Shown one piece after another: positions 7,009 to 15,355 of a DNA stretch of 36,293 nucleotides. Positions within the stretch are counted from its first letter, which is position 1. Every line of letters begins with the position of its first letter. The notes beneath the pieces are model-generated. The model had not been told where the DNA came from. It did no database searches and saw only the letters and a list, made by a program, of their open reading frames with translations. A program made the position numbers and the translations under genes. Source of the DNA: a virus (taxonomy: Duplodnaviria > Caudoviricetes); the IMG/VR virus record IMGVR_UViG_3300044228_005231, positions 1 to 36,293 of that record; one strand, 5' to 3'.

Positions 7009-9831
7009 CTAGCGCTTATGTCGTGCCGTTGTGTTGACGCGCTGTCGCTTGACGATCCGGTTCACATTGTCGGCGAGCGTGGCGTCACGCGCCGCAAGTT
7101 GCGCTTGCAGGTTGGCGAGGGTTTCAGCCGTTCCTATGTCGCCTTGCACGACCAGTTGCGTCGGGCCGATCGAGACTGACGACAGCGACCGCGCGTTCGC
7201 GATACTGGCTTCGACCGGCACGCCCGCATTGATCGCGGCGAGAACACCCTTGTTCGCCGCAGTCGCCGAAGCCTTGATAACGCTTTCGCCGCGTGAGATA
7301 TTCGCCGGAATGCTGTCGCTTCGACCGGTGCCAGGCCCGCGAATGTCGATCCCGCCGTCGGCGAAGTTTGCGCTCGCACCTTGCAGGTTCGCCACGACTG
7401 ACGCGCCGAGCCCGGCGACAGTTGCGGCGGCTCCAAGGTTCGCGGGAAATGGGAGCGACATTGCGCGCGCGACGCCGTGCTGAATATTCACGATCGCCGA
7501 CGCGACCGCGAACGCCTTTTCGACCGCGAACAGCGCCTTGTAGACGCCAGACTGTTCGCCCGCGAACGCCTTCGCCATGCCAGCCAGTCCGCCGAACAGT
7601 TGTTCGCCGTTCGCTAGCTGTACCTGCATTGACGCGGCCCGAATTTCCTTCAGCTTCTCTTCAGTTTCCGCGGCGATCTCTAATTCGCGTTCGGCGAATT
7701 CTTCCTTCGTAATCAGCTTCAGTTCGAGACCTTCGCGCAAAGCCTCTAAGGCGGCTTCCTGTTGCGCCCTGACGACTTCGGCTTCGCTGTTGCTGTGTTC
7801 ACCCTCGCCTAACAGTTCTTCGCGTATCTGACGCGTGTATTCAGCCCGCTCTTCTTCAAGGATCTTCAAGGCTTCGGCCTTGCGGGTTTCGTCGGCGATT
7901 TCAGCTTCGATCGCATCGCGCCGGGCGGCATATTCGCGTTCGGCAATTGTCAGGGTTCGCCCGGCCATCTCGTCGCGGGCGTTCATAAGTTCGGCGATCG
8001 CGTCCTTTTCGGCTTGCGTCGTTTCGCGGCGAACCTGGTCGGCATCTAACAGCTTGTCGACATAGCCGTCGAACATAGCCGCTTCGGCGTCGCGAATGTC
8101 GGCGAGTTCGGCCTTGTAGATCGCGTTCGCCTTCGACCTCAATTCGGCCTTTTCGGATTCCGACTTGCCCGACGCCTCGATCGCCGACAGGCGCTCGTCG
8201 CGAAGCCGGGCGATTTGCTCGCGCTCACTCTCGAAGGCGTCGCGGTAAGCCTTGTTCAGCTCGTCGAGCGCGCCCTTCTCAGCCGACGAACCGCCGCCGC
8301 CCGAACCGCCGCCGTCCATTGCCGCAAGCTGATCAGCGATCGACGGAATTGACGCGTTCGCCGCCCGCGCGATCGCCGCGTCGTACTCGTCTAACAAGTC
8401 TCTCGCGAGCCCTATGTCTCGATCGAGCGCCGCCGCCTTACCGCTATTGCCGGCCCTATCAAAGTTCCGGTTCGACCGGCGCGCTTCCAACTTATCCAGG
8501 CCGCTCGCAACGTTCTGTCTTTCCTGAAGTAGCGATTCGACCCGGCGGCGCTTTTCAGCTTCCGCCGCCGTGATCGCAGCCGCCGCAATCCCGTAATACT
8601 CTTCTTTGATCTTCGACAGGTCGGTCGCCTGCTGCTGAAGTTCGGTCGGCGTCGTCGCGTCCGAAAACTGCTTAAGCGCCGATCCGGCGACGGTTGCGCT
8701 CTTGCGCACTTCCTCGAACTCGTCGGCGGTTCGCCCGGCGTCGATCGCGACCGCCGCGAATGCCGCCGCCAAGGCCGCAACGCCGATAATGATCCCGGCA
8801 GGCCCTAGAATGAAGGCCGACGCGGCGCGAAGAATAGCCATCGCCTTCGCGGCGTTCGTCGCCCCGACGGCGATCCCGTTCAGGCTGGATAGTGCAGCCA
8901 GGCCCGCTTGCGCGCCGAGCGCGCCCGTCAACGCTGCGCCGCCAATGACGACCGCGTCGGCGAAGGCTTCAACGTTGTTCGCGACGAAGTTGATCGCTTC
9001 CGCCATCGCTTGCGAAGCGTCGGCAACTTGCCCGCTTTCGGTCAGGTATTCGCCGACCTTCAGCTTCAGGCCGTCGAACGCCAGCTTCGCCGCGTCAGAC
9101 GCGCGCGGCGTCGTCACGCCGAAGGCGCTTTCGATCTGGTCTTCGGCCTTCAGCAAGGCGTTGAACACGACGTCAGACGTAAGCTTGCCTTCCGCGCCGA
9201 GTGTCTTCAGTTCGCCAATCGAGACACCCATAGCGTCGGCGATCGCCTTAGCGACAAGCGGCGCGTTTTCGCGAAGCGATCGAAGTTCGTCGCCCTGAAG
9301 GAAACCAGACCCTAGCGCCTGGCCAAGCTGCAAGACGCCCGCCGCCTGTTCGGATGCAGACGCGCCGCCCGCCGCGAACGCCTTCGCAGTCAATTGTGTG
9401 ACCTTGGCGACCTCGGCTTCGCTTTCCGCCAGGTCGCCCGACGCGCGAAGAATGCGCGAGTATAGATCGACATACGGTTCGATCTCAGACCGGGCTGTTC
9501 GGGCGTCGCTGGCAAGGCTTAAGAGCGCCCGGCCCTGAATGCCTGAAACCTCGCCAGCGGCCTTGATCTTGTTATTGTGGTCGATCCATGCGTCGGTGTA
9601 ATTGATTACCTCGCGCCCCGCCGCTCCAAGCGCGATCGCGGCAATTGCCCGACGAACATCACGCGACATTTGATTCGTCGACGCCGTGATCTTCCGGTTC
9701 ATTTGCTGGTAGCGCTTTTCGACCTTCGTCGCCGAGTCTGCGCTTAGTCGCGCCTGACGCCGCATTGCGGCTTCATAGCGTTTCATGTCGACCCGCAGTT
9801 CGGTGACTAGAACTTCAATGTCTTCAGCCAT
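7009..9831 (-). CDS. Tail tape measure protein
   Basis: ~940 aa Ala-rich helical protein; LQLGQALGSGFLQGDELRSLRENAP tape-measure motif; GPGTGRSDSIPA C-terminal motif; start taken at MAEDIEVL. Confidence 0.95.
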   Translation of the reverse strand: MAEDIEVLVTELRVDMKRYEAAMRRQARLSADSATKVEKRYQQMNRKITASTNQMSRDVRRAIAAIALGAAGREVINYTDAWIDHNNKIKAAGEVSGIQGRALLSLASDARTARSEIEPYVDLYSRILRASGDLAESEAEVAKVTQLTAKAFAAGGASASEQAAGVLQLGQALGSGFLQGDELRSLRENAPLVAKAIADAMGVSIGELKTLGAEGKLTSDVVFNALLKAEDQIESAFGVTTPRASDAAKLAFDGLKLKVGEYLTESGQVADASQAMAEAINFVANNVEAFADAVVIGGAALTGALGAQAGLAALSSLNGIAVGATNAAKAMAILRAASAFILGPAGIIIGVAALAAAFAAVAIDAGRTADEFEEVRKSATVAGSALKQFSDATTPTELQQQATDLSKIKEEYYGIAAAAITAAEAEKRRRVESLLQERQNVASGLDKLEARRSNRNFDRAGNSGKAAALDRDIGLARDLLDEYDAAIARAANASIPSIADQLAAMDGGGSGGGGSSAEKGALDELNKAYRDAFESEREQIARLRDERLSAIEASGKSESEKAELRSKANAIYKAELADIRDAEAAMFDGYVDKLLDADQVRRETTQAEKDAIAELMNARDEMAGRTLTIAEREYAARRDAIEAEIADETRKAEALKILEEERAEYTRQIREELLGEGEHSNSEAEVVRAQQEAALEALREGLELKLITKEEFAERELEIAAETEEKLKEIRAASMQVQLANGEQLFGGLAGMAKAFAGEQSGVYKALFAVEKAFAVASAIVNIQHGVARAMSLPFPANLGAAATVAGLGASVVANLQGASANFADGGIDIRGPGTGRSDSIPANISRGESVIKASATAANKGVLAAINAGVPVEASIANARSLSSVSIGPTQLVVQGDIGTAETLANLQAQLAARDATLADNVNRIVKRQRVNTTARHKR

Positions 9832-10047
9832 ATTTCGCGATCCATTCGTCGAACTCGTCGTCGGTCGGCGCGGGCGTCTGGTCGACACCTTGCGACCTTA
9901 GCCAGCCGTCGATTGCGGCGGCGTACTCCCAAAGCGAACAGGCGTTGACCGCCTCCGGCGTCATTCCGGCGGCGAGCCCGGTTCCGAAGTAGGCGGACCA
10001 CCGAAGCTTTCCCCGTGGTAAGGGGCGCTCCCCTGATCCGCTTGCGG
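9824..10047 (-). CDS. Tail assembly chaperone C-terminal part (gpGT-like), reached by -1 frameshift
   Basis: Open -1 frame AASGSGERPLPRGKLRWSAYFGTGLAAGMTPEAVNACSLWEYAAAIDGWLRSQG...EWIAKYG*, ending over the tape measure ATG; not in the ORF track. Confidence 0.75.
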
Positions 10048-10386
10048 CTTTTCCGGCGGCGCGTCTTCCTGTCCTTCCGGCGCGCCGAAGAGCGCCGCCG
10101 ACAGAACGGCTTGCGCGGTCAACGCGTGATAGGCGATCGGGGCGTCGTCGACATAGTCAGCGACCAGGCGCAACGCCTTGTGAGCCTCCAAGCCGCCGCC
10201 GATCAATCCTAGCCGGATCGTCTCGCGAACGTCTTCGACGTGCCACTGACTTTGCGTCAGACGCGCTAGAATATAGGGCGGACCGGCGTCGCACTTCTCT
10301 TGCAACTCGATCAAGTGTTTGATCTTCAGTGCGAAGACGTGTTCGCCGTCGCCCCAATCTAGCGTGATTTGCCCCGACCGACTCAT
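9961..10386 (-). CDS. Tail assembly chaperone (GTA-gp10-like, gpG)
   Basis: LDWGDGEHVFAL...ELQEKCDAGP...VRETIRLGLIGGG pattern; between tail tube and tape measure. Confidence 0.85.
   Translation of the reverse strand: MSRSGQITLDWGDGEHVFALKIKHLIELQEKCDAGPPYILARLTQSQWHVEDVRETIRLGLIGGGLEAHKALRLVADYVDDAPIAYHALTAQAVLSAALFGAPEGQEDAPPEKPQADQGSAPYHGESFGGPPTSEPGSPPE
10048..10054 (-). other. Putative -1 ribosomal slippery site G-GAA-AAG
   Basis: CCG GAA AAG (Pro-Glu-Lys) near the end of the chaperone; resembles lambda G/T GGGAAAG; -1 frame is open. Confidence 0.65.
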
Positions 10387-10388
10387 TC

Positions 10389-10838
10389 TTAAGTGACCGC
10401 CGTCCAAGCGACGATGCCGTCGGAAACAAGCGTAATTGAAGCCGTCGCCTTCTCTTTACGCGCGCCGCTGACCTGAAATTCGGTCAGATGAAACGCGCCG
10501 GTTCCGACCCGACCGTTCGTCGTGTCACCATCGGCGATAACGACCTGAACGTTCTTCGCGTCGGCGGATTCGAGAAAGTCGATATATTCTTCGATACTCG
10601 CGGCATCCATGACGCCTTCACCCGTGATCGTGTAGCTAATCGCGTCTTTCTCGCGTTCAGTCCATGCGATCGCGTCCGGGTCGTCACAATCGGGAACGAC
10701 CGAATCGACCGTCGTAACCGACCCCTGAAGGGCGCGCGTCGTATTGATCAGACAGGGGTGCGCGAACGTTTCCGTCTCTGCGCCGTCGCCGACCTTGATC
10801 AGAATCTTCGACCCGTTGAATGTGGTTGGTTTTGCCAT
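10389..10838 (-). CDS. Major tail tube protein
   Basis: ILIKVGDG..ETFAHPC...VPDCDDPDA...ITGEGV pattern of alphaproteobacterial siphovirus tube proteins. Confidence 0.9.
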   Translation of the reverse strand: MAKPTTFNGSKILIKVGDGAETETFAHPCLINTTRALQGSVTTVDSVVPDCDDPDAIAWTEREKDAISYTITGEGVMDAASIEEYIDFLESADAKNVQVVIADGDTTNGRVGTGAFHLTEFQVSGARKEKATASITLVSDGIVAWTAVT

Positions 10839-10873
10839 TGCTTCCGCCTCGCAAGTTTAAGCCTGCAAAGGCG

Positions 10874-10893
10874 TTACGCGGCCTAGCCTGACG
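10874..10893 (-). promoter_or_regulatory. CGTCAGG-N10-TAA motif copy D (putative late promoter)
   Basis: CGTCAGG CTAGGCCGCG TAA straddling the DUF3168 stop, ~35 nt upstream of the tail tube ATG. Confidence 0.6.
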
Positions 10894-11305
10894 TCGCGGT
10901 TTCGATCTGCGCTTCGAACTCGATCACGCCATGACGCACGCCCGCGCGCGGGTCGCGCATAAACCGCGACGACCGGTGAAAGCAGGCGCAACACCTGACA
11001 GACGCCGAGACCGCGAAGCCGTCTTCGTCGTCCAGAAGATCGACCACCGCGCCCGCGATCGCCTTGCACGACGCGAAGCCGTCTTCTTTCGTCCAGACGT
11101 GCACGGTTAGAAAGACGTCGTTCGCGGTCAGGAATTGAACCGACGTGTCGCGCGCCTGGTCTTCGCCGATCGTCAGATATGGGAACACGGCGTCAGGATC
11201 AGGCCCACCGAGAATGCGCGCGTCATGCGATCCGAGAACCGCCGTAACACCCGCGTCGCCTTCGAGAAGTCCGCCGATCGCGTCTTGAAGTTCTGACAGG
11301 TTCAC
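10883..11305 (-). CDS. Tail terminator/completion protein (DUF3168)
   Basis: FPYLTIGE, LTVHVW, CKAIAGAV, HGVIEFEA motifs; position before tail tube. Confidence 0.88.
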   Translation of the reverse strand: MNLSELQDAIGGLLEGDAGVTAVLGSHDARILGGPDPDAVFPYLTIGEDQARDTSVQFLTANDVFLTVHVWTKEDGFASCKAIAGAVVDLLDDEDGFAVSASVRCCACFHRSSRFMRDPRAGVRHGVIEFEAQIETATSG

Positions 11306-11697
11306 GCCTTTGACTCCCTTATGCCCTTACTCATTGCCCGCGACATTCGCGCGGAGAATCGCGGTTTCATGATCCGGTAATTCGAGAAGAAGAAGGGGTT
11401 CGCTGGCTGGTCGACCGTGCCGAACTCTTGCCAGCGCGCCCGCGTCAAGCCTTCTTCGTCCCTGACGTTACCGGCGACAACGCGCCATATCAGGCCGTCA
11501 GAACCCCGCGCGGCGTAATATCGGATCGTCAGCCTCAATTCCCCCGTCAATACTGGGGCGTCTCTCTCCGCCGCTTCCTTCAGCATTCTCGCGTTCGTCT
11601 TCGCCGCTTCCGTCATCCGCCGCCGGACTGTCTTCGTCATCCGCTGCGCTCGCGCCTTCAGCTTGTCCAGGCCGATCGTTTTCGTCGTGACTTCCAT
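11302..11697 (-). CDS. HK97 gp10-like tail component
   Basis: GLDKL...APVLTGEL...EFGT...ANPFF motifs. Confidence 0.88.
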   Translation of the reverse strand: MEVTTKTIGLDKLKARAQRMTKTVRRRMTEAAKTNARMLKEAAERDAPVLTGELRLTIRYYAARGSDGLIWRVVAGNVRDEEGLTRARWQEFGTVDQPANPFFFSNYRIMKPRFSARMSRAMSKGIRESKA

Positions 11698-11872
11698 CGC
11701 CCCGCCCCTTCAGATACTCAAACCGAACGCCGAGCGCTTCGGCCTTGGCTGCGCACTCGCGCGTAACGTTGAATACGCCCGCCGTCGATTTGTCGTGCGG
11801 ATAGGCGATCGTAACTGTTCGCTTCGCCTCCGGCGTGAAGTTGAACGGCTCCAAAAACTTGACCCAAACCAT
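11498..11872 (-). CDS. Small hypothetical virion-module protein; conserved part probably only the first ~55 aa
   Basis: ATG directly after the head-closure TAA; fills the 11698-11872 gap; C-terminal half overlaps the gp10-like gene out of frame. Confidence 0.6.
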   Translation of the reverse strand: MVWVKFLEPFNFTPEAKRTVTIAYPHDKSTAGVFNVTRECAAKAEALGVRFEYLKGRGDGSHDENDRPGQAEGASAADDEDSPAADDGSGEDERENAEGSGGERRPSIDGGIEADDPILRRAGF

Positions 11873-12229
11873 TTAACCGCCCTCGCTAGTTGTGCCGTAG
11901 TCGGCATATATGACCAAATCACGCCGACCGGTTTCGCGGTCGATCGTGCGAATGTCGAAGATCCGACCTGACGCGCGGGCGTTTACGATCCGGTCGCGGG
12001 TCGTCAGGTCCGACAGTGCCTCGCAATCGCGAACAGTGATGACGACGTCGCCGACGCCGCGCGTCTGCCCGGCCTGAATTTCCTCGTCGCCCGGCGTGCC
12101 ACTGTCGGCGACCACGTTCGCAGCGACCGTGATCAGTTCAGACCACGCCCCGCCGCCGTTGACATAGCCGCCAGACGCCGAGCCCTTGCGCTCGAACCGA
12201 AGCCGGTCGCGATACTGTCCAGCCCTCAC
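11873..12229 (-). CDS. Head closure / head-tail adaptor protein
   Basis: (M)RAGQYRDRLRFER start; GTGA overlap with connector; RDRIV..GRIFDIRTI pattern. Confidence 0.85.
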   Translation of the reverse strand: MRAGQYRDRLRFERKGSASGGYVNGGGAWSELITVAANVVADSGTPGDEEIQAGQTRGVGDVVITVRDCEALSDLTTRDRIVNARASGRIFDIRTIDRETGRRDLVIYADYGTTSEGG

Positions 12230-12816
12230 GCGGCAAACCCTCGCTTGTATGGCTGAATAAGCGTCGAGACCGCGAACGGGATTTCGCGAAGGTTCACGGC
12301 GGCGGCGTGCTCGCGCTCTTTGTACCAATGCGCGGCGAGTAGCTTCACAGCCTGTTTAAGAGGCTTCGGCACGTCCGAAACTTCGGCGCCGGTCGTGTAG
12401 GTGATCCGAAGCGCGTCGGCCCGACAAGCCATGTCCGGCCATGATTTACCCGTGACCGGCACGACCGCATAATCGAAGCCGTCACTCTCGACCCTGAAGT
12501 CGGCGAGCGTCGCCGTCTGCTCGACCTCGTCGCCGTCTAGATACTTGATCGAGACCAGCGCGACCGGGTCGGCGGTAAGGCGCACGCGCCAATGATCAGC
12601 GCCGCCGCAAACATGGTGCCACGTTTGCGAAACGATCGCCGACGCTAGCTGGCCTTTCGGCCCGTCGAGCGTTTCGACAGCCGCTTCTAGATAAGCCTGA
12701 AGTTCGTCGTCTTCGTCGTCCCAATCAACGCGCAAGTGCGATTTGAGTTCGGCGAGCGTGACCGGCGTTTCACCCGGCGCAACGCTGACACTGACGACCG
12801 GGCGCTTCATATGCAT
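12226..12816 (-). CDS. Head-tail connector (gp6-like)
   Basis: PVTLAELKSHLRVDWDDED...LKQAVKLLAAHWYKERE. Confidence 0.92.
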   Translation of the reverse strand: MHMKRPVVSVSVAPGETPVTLAELKSHLRVDWDDEDDELQAYLEAAVETLDGPKGQLASAIVSQTWHHVCGGADHWRVRLTADPVALVSIKYLDGDEVEQTATLADFRVESDGFDYAVVPVTGKSWPDMACRADALRITYTTGAEVSDVPKPLKQAVKLLAAHWYKEREHAAAVNLREIPFAVSTLIQPYKRGFAA

Positions 12817-12817
12817 C

Positions 12818-13033
12818 TTACTTCGCCGTCGTCTCTTTCGGCGTCTTCGCCGTCGTCGTTTGCTTCTTCGGCGCGGCGGCTTTCTTCGCCTCGCCTGGCG
12901 TGATCGCGTGACCGGCGCGAAGCAAGTCGTCGGCGATACTCTCTGGCAAGTCTTGCGGTTGGCCTTTGTTCCGACCGAACGAAAAGCCCTTTCCTGCTAC
13001 CGACTTCAGAATAATTACGGATTTCGTTTTCAT
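12818..13033 (-). CDS. Small Lys/Ala/Thr-rich protein after major capsid
   Basis: 71 aa, GAAAGGGG RBS, IADDLLRAGHA pattern typical of post-capsid small proteins. Confidence 0.75.
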   Translation of the reverse strand: MKTKSVIILKSVAGKGFSFGRNKGQPQDLPESIADDLLRAGHAITPGEAKKAAAPKKQTTTAKTPKETTAK

Positions 13034-13048
13034 GTCGTGCCCCTTTCC

Positions 13049-13081
13049 AAAAAGCGGGCGGCAAGCCGAAGCCCGCCGCCC
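13049..13081 (-). terminator. Rho-independent terminator after major capsid gene
   Basis: GGGCGGCGGGC-TTCG-GCTTGCCGCCC stem-loop followed by GCTTTTT. Confidence 0.8.
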
Positions 13082-13096
13082 TAGTCCCGGCCCTGA

Positions 13097-14395
13097 TTAG
13101 GCGGCGGCCTTCATTGTGAGTTTCTTCAGTGCCTTCGGCTGCATTCCTGCGCCGTCGATCCGGCGATAGGCCATGAAGCCAAGCTGAAGGTTGCCCATGA
13201 ATTGCTCACGGAACACGATCACGCCCGGCATACCGACCTTGCGGACAATGAATTTATTATGCGCGCCGAAGATGATCGGCGACGCACTCTCTTCAATGTC
13301 GTCCATATCCGGGTTTACCTCGTACCCGAAGCCGAGAAGCTGGGCAGGCTCGCCCGCGCGAATATCGGCCTGTTGCCACAGATAGTTATCCTGACCATCC
13401 TTCAGCTTACGAACGCTGGCTAGCGTCGTGTCATTCAACTGAAAGCGAGCGCTAGGGTTCTTGCGGTACGCGGCAGGAACCGAGTGAACAAGGTCGATAA
13501 TCTCGTCGGGGTCGATCGCAGCTTCGGCGGCAGCGGTCTTGCCCGTGCCTGCGAATGCGGCAATCCCTTGTGGCTTGTTTAAGCCGTCACCATTCGTCAG
13601 AACAGCGTTACAGGTTGCGCCAAGCGATTCGCCGAACAGGTCGGCAATCAACTCTTCCATATTCCAGTGCGAGTCCTGAACCTGTTCGAGCGAAACCTTG
13701 ATAATGCCGGACCGGTAAACGTAGGCCGACAGGTCTTTTTGCCCGAAAGCTGGGTCGCTTGTGCCGTCGTCGGTTGTCGCTGCGCCCTCGGCCTTCAGTT
13801 CGCCGCGAATCGACGTGTAGTCGAGCGTTGGGGCGGTAATCGTACTACCGGAAGCCGTGACCATGTGACGACATACGTTTTCGTCCATCATCGGCGAATA
13901 GTCTGCAAGGGCGCGCTCGATTTCGGGCAGCATATCTTGCGGAATGAGATAGCCGCCGGTCGATCCAGAACCGGTCGCAAGGGCGCGCGCCTCAGGATCA
14001 GCATCACGACCCGCCATAAGAATCTGACGCTCTTCGGGTGCAAGATCACCCGCGCCAAACTGAATTGCGCGCTTGAAGACTTCAGCATAGGTCGGCGCGC
14101 CGTCTTCGTTCGAACGCTCCTGACGCGCCGAACCCGGATGCGGGCGGCGCGAGCGGGTTTCCGCCTCATCGCGCTCATTCTCGCGGCGGTCGATCTCGAT
14201 TTGCCTTTCGAGCCGCTGAATTTGACGATCGCAATCGTCATAGTCGCTCATAGCGGCGTCGTGCTGTGTTTCCAGTTCGGCGGCGCGAGCCTCGTCGACA
14301 CCTTCGGCGCTGGCTTGTTCCAGCAAGGCCCGACCGTTCGTAGCGGCGCGACCGCGTTTTTCCTTTAGGTCTTTGACCTGCTGTAGAAGTGGCAT
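13097..14395 (-). CDS. Major capsid protein, HK97 family
   Basis: Coiled-coil delta domain, GGYLIPQ, NGDGLNKPQGI, RKLKDGQDNYLWQ, RIDG motifs. Confidence 0.97.
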   Translation of the reverse strand: MPLLQQVKDLKEKRGRAATNGRALLEQASAEGVDEARAAELETQHDAAMSDYDDCDRQIQRLERQIEIDRRENERDEAETRSRRPHPGSARQERSNEDGAPTYAEVFKRAIQFGAGDLAPEERQILMAGRDADPEARALATGSGSTGGYLIPQDMLPEIERALADYSPMMDENVCRHMVTASGSTITAPTLDYTSIRGELKAEGAATTDDGTSDPAFGQKDLSAYVYRSGIIKVSLEQVQDSHWNMEELIADLFGESLGATCNAVLTNGDGLNKPQGIAAFAGTGKTAAAEAAIDPDEIIDLVHSVPAAYRKNPSARFQLNDTTLASVRKLKDGQDNYLWQQADIRAGEPAQLLGFGYEVNPDMDDIEESASPIIFGAHNKFIVRKVGMPGVIVFREQFMGNLQLGFMAYRRIDGAGMQPKALKKLTMKAAA

Positions 14396-14400
14396 TTTGG

Positions 14401-15015
14401 TTATTCCCCTGCTGTCAGTTGGCGAGTTGCCAAGTCTTGCTTGATCTTCATGCGGAGTTTCCGCAATGAAGCTTGGTTTCCGCCGCTATCGGCGCGAAAT
14501 TGCTGAAGGCTTCGAAGGCCGATTTCGGTCCCCTCGTAAGCTGGCATAGTCACGATACTGACGTCGAACAGTCGCGCTTCCTTGATCTTGCGAAGCGGCA
14601 GCTTCTCGCCGTCGCGGTCTTCGTCGTGCCACTCTTCTACGTCTGGCCAGAATGCGATTGACATCTTGTCCAGGTCGCCGCGATTCATCTTCGGCACGAT
14701 CCGTTGAACGTCCGGGTCGTCGCCGTCGAGTTCGGCGCTGATCTTCAGGCCGCGCTTGTCTTCTTTGAGCGTCAGCGTTCCGGCGCGCGTCCGGGCAAGC
14801 GGCAGGCCGTCATGATTGATCAGGAAGACAACGTCGTCTTCGCCGATCGCGCGTTTGAACGCGCCAGGAAGAAACATCTCGCGAAAATAATTCCCGATCA
14901 CGGTTTCCTCGTTGAATACGGCGGCGTAGCCTTCGACCTTCGGCGCCTTACCGTCTTCGCCTGCCCGAACTTCGAGCGGCACGGTAAAGGCGCGAATTTC
15001 TCTGTCTTTAGGCAT
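14401..15015 (-). CDS. HK97-family prohead protease
   Basis: VEGYAAVFN, FLINHD, KMSIAF, DVSIVTMPAY motifs. Confidence 0.95.
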   Translation of the reverse strand: MPKDREIRAFTVPLEVRAGEDGKAPKVEGYAAVFNEETVIGNYFREMFLPGAFKRAIGEDDVVFLINHDGLPLARTRAGTLTLKEDKRGLKISAELDGDDPDVQRIVPKMNRGDLDKMSIAFWPDVEEWHDEDRDGEKLPLRKIKEARLFDVSIVTMPAYEGTEIGLRSLQQFRADSGGNQASLRKLRMKIKQDLATRQLTAGE

Positions 15016-15355
15016 CGGGCCACCATCCATCGGCAGTTGGAATAATCTTGTTCAGGTCCGCGCCGGGCTGGCGAATGATCTTAATAAGCGTGTCAGCCGC
15101 CAGCCGGTGCGTTGTTAGCGTCTTGACGTATTCGACCAGACCTGACGCGGCGGTTTCACAAAAACGTCGTTCGTCAGTCGTCAGCCGCCGGTCAGTTTCG
15201 ACGATCGACGCCGCGATCATTTCAAGGCGGCGCTCGATCGGAAAGAGCCGGTCGACCCTCGAATAGCGCTCGCTTTCGACGCGACGAACAAGGCCGTCGA
15301 CCCTCATTTTGTGGTGATCCGGGTCGAACGGGGCGAAGCGATCTTCGTCAGTCAT
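15008..15355 (-). CDS. Hypothetical protein between portal and protease
   Basis: 115 aa from MTDEDRF; overlaps both neighbours by 8 nt. Confidence 0.6.
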   Translation of the reverse strand: MTDEDRFAPFDPDHHKMRVDGLVRRVESERYSRVDRLFPIERRLEMIAASIVETDRRLTTDERRFCETAASGLVEYVKTLTTHRLAADTLIKIIRQPGADLNKIIPTADGWWPDA

